Source of the DNA: Chara braunii
Lineage: Eukaryota > Plantae > Charophyceae
DNA: 64,000 nucleotides
Direction of reading: 5' to 3'
Assembly (NCBI GenBank): GCA_003427395.1
Contig: BFEA01000015.1
Location: forward strand, 2,016,025 to 2,080,024
Shown: in pieces, positions 51,691 to 62,045 of the stretch
How the letters are laid out: each line of letters starts with the position of its first letter
Numbering within the stretch: position 1 is the first letter of the stretch
The notes under the pieces: model-generated
Seen by the model: the letters and a program-made list of their open reading frames with translations, nothing else
Databases searched by the model: none
Told to the model about the DNA's origin: nothing
Made by a program: the position numbers and the translations under genes

Positions 51691-52692
51691 TCGCGCGACT
51701 TTCTGCGCGAAGCTGCTTTGGGGAAATGGGACGGGCTAGATGGGTGAGTTGTGGAAAGATGGGTCAGTAAGGCAAGTTGCATGGATAACCTCGTTTCTTT
51801 TTGTTTTCTGTGGAATCTGTTGGGTTGGTGTCGAGAAAGTCCCACGCCGACGATTGGGTAACCGCGCCTTAACAAGCGTGATGGACAACGGTTGTCATGA
51901 CTTCCTTCTTGTTCTGCTGTGAGCACTAGGAATTTTTGGTGCGATCATCGCGCGGGAGTATCATTTTTTGAATTTTCAACTGATGTCGAGCCCCTACACG
52001 CTCACGGAATTGTTTTTGGGCTTCTCGGAATTTCTTTTTGCAATTAGGACTTGGACTAGGAATTTAGGTACTCTGAATTTTGCTGCGCCACGCTTCTCAC
52101 TCGCGCACATCTTGCGGCGCTAGGAACTGGGCTCTGATTGGACCGCGCCCTTAATCTTATGTAACTGTTGCTTTTGGCGGGCGCGATAGTAACTGTATCT
52201 TTCTTCTTTCTTGATTTCCTCGTGTTTGCCCGCCTTCTTCTTCTTTGTCTTGCATGCTTAATACTCTGTTCTAATTGGCATGAACACCTATACAAAACCG
52301 GATCGATGCGTGGAGTGCGGCTACAACCCCCACGTCGTGGCCTGGCCATGCAGACGTAGGCACTTCCTCTCTTCTCCTCCTGACCACTTGGGCTTAATCC
52401 CATATCTTTCGCGCAAGCATGCATGCTATAAAATTTGCAAGCGCGATTAGTTTGCTCTCTATGGACCTTGGAGTTAGCGCGATCAGTGAGGGTCGGCTAA
52501 CGAGTCAGCTTGAGAGGTGAGTCGACGAGAGAGTTGGGCGATCCAACGAGCTGGTGTCGGGTATGCGGGGTTGACGTGCGGGCTGCGACAGACTGTGGCG
52601 CACGGGCGAACCTGGCTTACATGCTCGAACCAAGCGGGGTGACAACTCTATGTTGATGCGCGACGACGGACTGCCCGCATCGGGAAAGTGTG

Positions 52693-52755
<63 letters not shown>

Positions 52756-54187
52756 AGCTATGTGTGGGATGAGATCCCTTCTTCCAATTATCTGTATAAT
52801 TTTGATTTCTACTTTGGTCGATCTTGTTGCGACTCTCTCGGACTTTCCTTGTAAATCGTTTCGGGTTTTTCTTTGACGTTTTTGCCTCGTATGCATGCAT
52901 GAATGAATGCGAACCCTTTTCGAGTGATCTTTTCGGATTCTTAATCTTGTTCTGTGATGCCTGCTTAATTCAAATCTCGTCACTTTCTAGTATCCATCTG
53001 CGTCGAGCAATAATCCGGAGTCTGATTGAAAACACTCGCTATGGATGGTTTGGGTTTAATTGTTAGCCTTTTATCGTCATCAGATCACTGAGAATGCTAT
53101 GATGTGTTGGCCCTCGATGCCAGGACGATTGCCCCCCCCTCCCCTTCTCTTTCCCTTCGTCACATGAATGGCATGGATGTGAATGTAATGGCTGGATCTC
53201 ACCCGAAATAGCATGGGTAGGATAGTTGCATGCAGGTAGGACACAATCGATATACCGACGTGAGAAACCTGAGTCTGATCCACTTTCGTTCATGTGCACT
53301 TGAGAAAACCGAGTCGCAGCGTACGTGCGTGTCTGCATGAGTCAACCTCGATCCTAACTCACTATAAGGGATGTGGGAGACCGAGTTCAGTAGTCGGATA
53401 TGGCTGTAGAAATTCCCTTTTGGATCATCGATCGTGAGAGCCTGAGGGACCCAGAGTATCGCGAATACTGGGAGGGTGAGCACCTCAGACAACGGGGAAA
53501 CTTGAGAAACCCGGAATTCCTGTGTCTGATGGAGAACGACCGACTGTGCGCGGGGGATTTTCACTGGGCCGTAACTAGCGATCCTAGGGGCCCAGACTAT
53601 CCGAATACTAACAACACTCAATATTACATATCTCCGGGCTTCATTGTTATTAATACCAGTTTCCATCTCTTCCATCTCCTCCTTCCATATCACCAGCTCA
53701 TAGTGGTACCGTGGAACTCCTTAGCTCGCTATTGGCCCCGCACACCGTGTGAAGAGTGTCAGCGGTACCAGGTGTATCGAGCTTCGGGATTTATCCGACG
53801 AACCTGGACCGAAGTCGAGCAGCGATTACACAGCTTCCGCTTAAGGCCAGCCTCGTCGGATTCCGAAGCTTGTTACGAGCGGCGCCGACAACTGTTCGAA
53901 CAGCGCAACAGCCATGGTGTCCGACCGGTCCACCAGATAAGGGACCGACCACGGCGACGCAACTGGCAGAGGCGATAATCCCATCCCCGAAGGATGAAAC
54001 ACCAGATACGATCTTCGCGTACCATCTTGCACCATTGTCCCTAAATTTGCCGCCAGAGATCTCAGCTCTGACCTGGGACTCCACCCCCACTTTCCTAAAA
54101 TCCTTGGCACACCCCCTTTTCGCACTTCCGGGCCCCCCATCCCACTCCGATCAGGAAGTCGCGCTGGGCGTGAGGTTGGGCGTCACA
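51669..54187 (+). repeat. 3' LTR of element B (2519 bp)
   Basis: TGTGACG...CGTCACA inverted termini. Confidence 0.9.
53400..53978 (+). CDS. Intact LTR-encoded 192-aa CxxC protein of unknown function
   Basis: ATG-initiated open frame; homologs in all other LTRs of the window. The 5' LTR copy (from 42667) has a premature TAG. Confidence 0.75.
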   Translation: MAVEIPFWIIDRESLRDPEYREYWEGEHLRQRGNLRNPEFLCLMENDRLCAGDFHWAVTSDPRGPDYPNTNNTQYYISPGFIVINTSFHLFHLLLPYHQLIVVPWNSLARYWPRTPCEECQRYQVYRASGFIRRTWTEVEQRLHSFRLRPASSDSEACYERRRQLFEQRNSHGVRPVHQIRDRPRRRNWQRR

Positions 54188-55185
54188 GCGAGGCCCTAAC
54201 ACATTTCTAGTAACCTTTTACACATATCCTACTGCAGTTACGGCCGGATCATCCCGGATGTGGATGACTCTGACTGAAGTCATGTCCAAAGCTTTGTAGA
54301 ATAAGTCCTAGAACACGTTTTAGACTTCAGCTAGAAGACCCACCTCCCCGGAGGATAGAGACCTTGCTCTACAACCCACCAAATGTGCAAAATGAGAATG
54401 AATCTAAGACTTCCGTTAGAGGACGGAAAGATACACCACCGTTAGTTTTGTCTTTTCTGCATGTAGTGAGTGACGGATTACCACTGACACAGCAAGATAA
54501 CATTCATTGATGACCACAAACTTTGAACCGAAGTAGACCAATCATAAAAGGTAGGAAGAAGAAGAAGAAGAAGAAAAAGAAGAAGAAGAAGAAGGAGAAG
54601 AAGAGGATACCCCTAAGGCGGCTGGTGTGGCGATCAGCCTAAACCGGTCCGGTTCACTCACAGTTTTGCTTGAGTTCTCTCGCCAGGATTGTTTTTGTTT
54701 TTTTTTTCACTCGGCAAATGAAGTCGTGTTCGGGATATTTTCTTACCATCTCGTGTACCTTCTCTCTTGTCCTTTCTCTCTCTTCCTTTTTTTTTTTTCT
54801 TTTTTTTTCTTTTTTCGTTTTTTTTTCTTGAAATGGATTTGCTTATTATACAAAGCCGAGAACCGGGCCCGGCGTCCCTCGCAAAAGAGAAAGGTGAGAC
54901 CTCTGAACGAGGCATCATCGGCCCAGGTCAGAGGGCCCACCTAGTGTGATGTACCCAACAATCACCTATACCCCATCTCCCCCATGCACACTGCTTTACC
55001 CCGTTGTTTATTACCACTTCCAGTTTCCATCTGCTAATTCAAAGGTAACACAAAGCTTACAAGCCTACAACAAACCTACAACACCTACAACACCACAAAG
55101 TTATGAACCTACAAAACTACCCACACTGCCTGTGCTGCCTGTTCTGCTTGTACTACATGTACTGCCTGTACTACCTGTTCTCTCC

Positions 55186-55248
55186 TTCTTTTTCTTCTTC
55201 TTCTTCTTCTTCTTCTTCTTCTTCTTCTTCTTCTTCTTCTTCTTCTTG
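55186..55248 (+). repeat. (TTC)n microsatellite; (GAA)n at 54555-54603; (GT)n at 1-40
   Basis: Seen directly. Confidence 0.98.
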
Positions 55249-55981
55249 CTCTTCTTTTCTTCCTACCTTTTCTGGCCTGTCTACTGCTGTTCAGAGTTTT
55301 GGTCATCAATGAATGTTATCTTGCTGGGTCAGTAGTTACATGCTACGGACACATGTGGCCAGTGGTGGAGTGACGCCCAAGGTCCCAGTTCCAGCACTAG
55401 CCTAAGGGTCTGGTTCCACCACAAGATTTTGAGTCCATGGACAACGTCTATGCCCAGACGCGCTCAAAATCGTTTGTTTGTTTGTTTGTTTTTTTTTTTT
55501 TTGTTTTTTTTTTTTTAAACCAACTAGTACCTTTGCCGCTGTGAAAATAGCGGGCCTCGGGTAGGCGTCCGACCTTTTCAGAGGCCGAAACGAAATGACG
55601 GCTGCCGATCAGATTTATCAATGGCAGTCGTCGTTGGGCCCGACCTCCGAATATTCAGGAGTTTGGGAAAACTGCCAGTTTTCCCTATTTTCCCACGCGG
55701 GAAAGGTACGCAATTTTTTTTTTAACAGTGGCCCAGTGCCCAAGGCTCAAATTATCAAGTGGAAATGCAAGGCAAACACACCCCTCTTCCCATGAGGGCT
55801 GGAAGAGCCTCGGGCACTGCGGGTGGTGCAAGCAGGCCCTAAGCTGGGCTTTGGCCCCAGTATTTCCGAATTGATTGTCTAAGATTGCCGGGTAGACTGT
55901 GAGGACCTCGGCCTCAGATTAATAAATTATAAGGGACGTTGGGCCCGATTCCCAACTCCTGCAGCTCCCCACGAATAGAAA

Positions 55982-56035
55982 GGAGCTATACACAGAAGGT
56001 AGATTAGCATGGGCCCTGCGCATAAATTCGAGAAT
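55982..56035 (+). pseudogene. U6: Degenerate U6 snRNA fragment
   Basis: ATACAcAGAAGgtagATTAGCATGGgCCCTGCGCA|TAAATtCGAGAA; 13-nt deletion between CGCA microhomologies. Confidence 0.65.
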
Positions 56036-57044
56036 CCGGTCGCTGTCAAGTAGATGGAGTTATCAGGGGAATAGGGAGATTTTAGGGAGCTTAGCTCGTA
56101 AACTAAACTGGCTGATGCGGCCAGGATAACTCCGGGTCGAATTGTGAGGCCCCCAGCCTCGTTTCATCCTTTTTGCAATATTATGGTAATGCTTTCCAAA
56201 AAAAATAATAATAATAATAAAATATAAAAAAAAATCGAGAATCCCTTGATTGACCAACTCGCCGATCTCTGTTGAAATACAGACCTAAGTTCTAAAACTC
56301 CGCTGGGGCTATCGAGTCAAATCCTACAGGGAACGGGGTGTTGTCAGCAGTAGAGTGGCCTTGTCGTCACGATCTGTTGAGATTCGGCCCTTTGTTCCAA
56401 AGGTTTCCTAAAGAAAAAACTCCGCTGGGGCTATCCAGTCAAATCCTACAATTCTTAATTAGATGGAATCTGGCGCAGCAACCCAGTCCACAAAACAGTT
56501 CAAATCCGACGATTCTGAATTACCTATGGCCGGCCGGTCAGTTGGGTGAGTGATGGTATCCCAAGGCCCAAAAGAAACGAAAAAAAGAGAATCACTTTAT
56601 TGGCAATATTTTATGCAACTGTTTTTATTTGGGAAAAAGAAAAGACATGTGGAGAATCTCGGCCGCGCGGCAGTACTGACAAAAAACACGTTGTAATCTA
56701 TTCTGCCGTCTGAACATGTTTTTTTTTGTTTTTTTTTTCTGAAAATGTTAACCAGATTGCGAATCCTGTCGGACATGGCGAAGGAAACGCAACTCCGACT
56801 CGGCGGCTTTTGGCCCATGAGGGCATTCTCGCACCAGCTGAGGGCTTTTCCAACTAAGATCTGGTCGTGATGCTGTCAGATTCGTGCAGGTGTGGTCGCA
56901 TTTGCGGTCAGATGCATTTAGGAAAGCAATACCATCTTCACTCGATAGCGCCCGGTCATTATGGCTGCATATGGACTATTCGGGTGGAAACGGAAGACTT
57001 AGTGTGAGTATGCCCTGAGATTATAAAGTGTAGTAGCCGCTCCG

Positions 57045-57208
57045 GGGCCAGGTCCCACGAGCAGCGTTGAGTTTTCTCAACGCCTGAATCTGGACGCGTT
57101 CGTGGAGATGTGCGGTTGAGAAAACTCAACGCGATTTCTGCACATATCCACAGACACGTCCAGATTCAGGCGTTGAGGAAACTCAACGCTGCTAGTGGGA
57201 CCTGGCCC
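57045..57208. mobile_element. Near-perfect hairpin MITE, Harbinger-related family
   Basis: ~70-bp inverted arms with CCG duplicated on both sides. Confidence 0.92.
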
Positions 57209-57240
57209 CCGATCTGTTTTCCGATCCGATGATCTGGGTG

Positions 57241-57286
<46 letters not shown>

Positions 57287-57897
57287 NNNNNNNNNNNNNN
57301 NNNNNNNNNNNNGTTATCCTGGCAGCCTCAGCCAGTTTCGCTTACGAGCAATGCTCGATTCACAATGAGTGCCCTACCAAACAGACCAGAAGCTGGAAAC
57401 CGGGTCCAGCGTCCCTTTCTTCTGCACTCTTTCTTAGATGCTACCTTAGAAAAACTCAGAGTGATCCTATCCTTACCGCATAACCATTAAAATCGTCAGC
57501 TATACTGGAAATGAGGTCCAGCGTCCTGTCTTTTTCTGCTTCCCCAAAAAAAAGGGATATATACTTAAAGCTCAGTAAAAAAAAAAAGGTAGGGGGGCTT
57601 AAGGGAGCTATCCTAACCAGACAAGCTCTCTTAGTCTCACAAAATTGTCGTCAAAAAGTACGACTGTGGTATATGCCACCCCATACAGCTACGTACTGCA
57701 ATCACAGCTGTTGTCTTCACTGTATTGTTGATCATTTCTGCTCATGGTTTCTGGGGTCCGTACCTCCGGAGGCAGAGTACCAGATTCCCTGAGTAGGAAA
57801 ACTCCCACCCTTGTTTCAGTCTTCCTTCTCCCTAGGTCGGCCTAATGCGGCCTAACATTGGCTTAAGAAAAGGTCCCATCCTGGAGCTGTCTGTTTC

Positions 57898-60800
57898 TTA
57901 CAGGTCGTGTAATAGCCACGGAGCATACTTCATTCTCCCATCATTTGAGACAGATGCAAATGCCTCTTTCTTGGCCCATGTCATTGAGAACCAGATAATT
58001 CCTTTCATTCTCCAATCCGCTGACACCACTAGCCTAATTGCTGCTTTTATCTGATTAAAGGACTGAGGAGCAGAGATTGTTTCGCTTTGGAAAACTTTGG
58101 CATTTCTTGCTGCCCAGATTACCTCAAAAATAATTCCTCTACATATCAGGGACATGTATCCTTCCCCGCTTGTGAAGTTACTATTCCCTGTAGATTTTGC
58201 ATGTAGTATGAATTCCTCCCCCCACACCTCCTCCAACTCTGAAACTCTTTTCCACTTCTCTTTCCACCATTCCCAGATTCCTTTCGACAGAGGACAGTGT
58301 AGCCAGAGATGGGTTGCATTCTCCCAGCCCCAGCCACAACGAGCACAGGTGGTAGGGATATCCATTCCCCTCAAATTTAGCCAAGTAGCAGATGCTGTGA
58401 CTTGCAAGGATTGTAACCATTGCAGAGCCGCCTGCTTCTGTGAAGGAATTTTTTTTAAGACTTTCCACAGCTTGTACAAATCTGTACTTTGGACTGCCAC
58501 ATTTTGGCAGTGCATCAGCCTTCTCTGAGCCGTGGCTAAAGGCTTCTTAGTAACATTCCGCTGTTGAACTTGAACGCCTATTTTTGGTTTGTAGTTGATC
58601 ATGGGTGTACTTGGATTAGGGAGCCTACCTACTTTCCACCCATATAAGGTCGGCTCTACCAGAATCCTTTCTAAACTTATTTTAATTAATGAGCAGTCTG
58701 TCTGTTTTAGTCCCTGAACTCAAAGAGTTACCCCTTCCGCTGAGTCCCCATTTCGAAACCTTAATCCCCTCTGGTATATCTGGGCCTACCACTTTCAGGA
58801 AATGATCCTGCTCTCTGGGGTCCTTCAGCCAACACCCCGGATTAAACTCCCTCTCCTTACTCAGAGCATTAATCCAACGTTGCGGGACCGATTCCTTCAA
58901 TTTTTGGAAGTTCTGTTCCACTCTGTGAATTCGTGGTCGTTTGGCCCTGATCTCCGCTTCTGTCGCCCAGTCATCAGTCTGGGAATCCCAAACATCTTTC
59001 AATTGTATGATCCCATGTTCGACCCAGGTTCTCCCAAATGAGCCGGAGCTACCATCCGCTAGGAGTTCGGATCCTTGGTACTTTACATACCCGTTCTCCC
59101 ACAAAATCTGATTGAGTATTTCTCTTTGAGGCTTAGGTTCTTCCAACTGCACGGGGCTTACTCTAGACCAGGCCTGTAGTATCCCTCTCCATAGTCTAGA
59201 TTTGGGTTTCCTATGGCAGAAGGACTTAATCATAAAGCATAACCACACTTGAGACCCCTCCTTTAGATTCCATTCCTGCTGCAATATAAATTCTGCCATT
59301 AAGACCCAGTCTTTATCATTCTGTCCAAACATGGCCAAAATAGGCCATTTAGCCAGCAGGGCCACATTTTGAAAGAGGGGGTCTAGAATTCCCAACCCCC
59401 CTTCTTCTCTGGCACAGGCTATGGTTTCCCAAGCCACTTTAACTATAAACCCCTGATCCTCCAAGGCTTGGGGCTTCCACAAGTATCTGGCCGCAGTTCT
59501 CTTAATCATCTTATACGCCTCCTCACTAATTAAATGCACTGTCATAGGAAACCATAAGATCGAAAAGGCGGCAGTTGACAGGACCAAGGCTCTACCAAAC
59601 AACGAAAGCTGATGATTGCGAACCCATCCTGAGATGCGGGCAACCACTTTATCTGTCAGCAGTGTGTCTTGGGTGCTAAAGCAGTCAGATAGGGAAACGT
59701 GAACTCCGAGAAAGCGGTCCGATGTATTGGCCGGGACTTGACGCAGGCCCCAATTCACACAAAGATCATACTGGGGGGGTAAGAAATAAGACCGATTTGT
59801 CCCAGTTAATTGACGCTTCAGAAAGTACACAGTATTCATCCAGAACTTCCCTAAGGACCTGCAAGGCTCCGGGAGTATTACGACACGCCAAGGTAAGATC
59901 GTCAGCTAGCGCTCCCCCTTTCCACTGAATCTTGGGAGAGATATACAAGCCCTCAACTTGTTTGTTTATTCTAATATTCAATAATAAAACCTCTAACTGA
60001 ACCACAAACAATAGAGGTGCAAGGGGGCAGCCTTGACGCAGAGATCTGGTCAAGGGGAAATCCTCTGAGAGTCGCCCATTAACCATCACTACCGAGGAGG
60101 CTCCCGAATACATTGCCTTGGCCCAGGTACAGAACCCCTTACCAAAACCCATCCTCTCCAGTGTTGTAAACACAAAGGCCCACCCGACTTTATCGTAGGC
60201 CTTTTCCATATCCAATAGAAGGATGGCTACATCTCTTTCCTCCTTGCCCATTATCTCCAACGCCTGGATAGTTGACATAATATTATCAAAGATCGTTCTG
60301 CCTTTTACAAATGCCCCTTGTTCCCGCCCTACCAGGGTCGGAAGGAACGTTGCCAACCTGATTGTCAGAGCCTTGGCCAAGATCTTATATGCCACATTTA
60401 AAACAGAGATCGGTCTATAATTTCTAACCTCTCTCTTATCCCCCTTCTTATATATGAGGGAGATAACTCCCGTCAGCCAGGCTTTGGGTAAGGACCCAGT
60501 AAGAAGTGTTTGATTAAAGATCTGAGTTAAAAACGGCCCGAAAGAGTCCCACGAGACCAAGAACAATTCTAAAGGGAGTCCATCAATACCTGGACATTTC
60601 CCTTTGGCCATTCGCTTCGCCGCCCGCAAAAGTTCCTGGGAGGAGAACGGAGCATCCAACAGATCCCTTTCCTGAGAACGTAGTTTAACCTGAACATTCT
60701 CCCAGAAGTTAGATGCTGCTGCTAGATCTGAGTCCACTGAGTCCCACAACCGTCTTGTAGAAACAATGTCCTTAAAATAGGATGTCGCATATGAACACAT

Positions 60801-62045
60801 TTCTTTGGAATCCTTAGCCAGAGGGGCATTCAGAGAGAAAGGATGAACCAGTTCTCGGAGCCTCGGTTTGGCCTGCTTAAGGATAATAGATCTAAACGTG
60901 ATCTTTGTCATCCGATCGTATCCTACTAGTCCTCTCAGCTTTAACCACTGAAGCCATTGTTCTTGTTTTTTGGCCTCTATTTTTTCCAGTTGGATTAGCA
61001 GGTCTTTCCTTTTCTCAGACCAGTAGTAGTCTGAGAAAGGGTTCCCCCCCATCTTGTGTTCAGCCTCTACTATCTCCTCGCGCAAGGACTGTTCCTTCCA
61101 TGTGCGATTGGTTGCACTTATACGGGAGAAGGTACTCAAGGCAGATGTTACAATACCCAGGCCCACCTCGGCCCATGTCCCAGCATCCTCAAAGAGATCC
61201 TGAGCTCTCATCCATTTCTTCATCTGGTTATCTACCCACTCCGGAATCCCTTTAGAATTCAGCAGGTTCACATTAAGTTTGAAAGGAGGGCGGCAGGAGT
61301 CCAACTGCTCCTTGGTCAAAATGTCCATCATCACCGGGTAATGGTCCGACATGTGGTCAATTTCCAGGTCGCACCACATACATCTATCCCACAGGGCACC
61401 CCTTGCCAGGAAGAAGTCCAATCTTCTTCTAGGAATAGGGGTCGTGGGGGAAGGGCGAGGGCCGTGCCAGGTGAATCCATTTGACTCTGGGTTCAGTATC
61501 CTGAAAACATCAATCAAGTTCTGTGAATCCACTAAGGCAGACAGCAGGAGTGTATCTTGTCTAATTGCGGTAGTAGTTGGCGAATCCAGCCCAGGGTTAA
61601 AAATAGTATTCCAGTCCCCGGCCATCACCAAATTCTCTACGTCCGGGATCCACGAGGGTAGAGCAGCGAAAAATTCTAGTCTTTCTTTATAACACACCGG
61701 GGCGTAGACTGACATTACAACCCAGTCTTCTTCCCCAACTGCCATTTTAACCCATACACACCTCCCTCTAGGATCTGCAAAATAATCAATAACCTCCACG
61801 TCTAGGTCCTTATTTATCAGAATCGCTACTCCTCCACGCGACCCTTCCGCCGGGGCCCAAAATTGAGGGCCCTTCCACCAAACGGCACATTCCTGAATTT
61901 TTTCCACATTTAACTTTGTCTCTTGAAGGCACGTAATCTGTGCATTTGGCGTGTGGATCCAGTTTGCCAGACCACTTCTTTTCACAAAGTCTCCAATACC
62001 TCTAACATTCCAGCATGCCAAACGAATCTTATTAGGCAGGACCAT
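57898..62045 (-). pseudogene. LINE ORF2 (APE endonuclease, RT, C-terminal zinc finger), broken near 59770 and 58680
   Basis: CWNVRG, CLQETK, GDWN, RLDFFL, SDHYPV, NYRPIS, LDMEKAYD, RQGCPLAP, LADD, CARC..HLWLHC. Confidence 0.95.
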
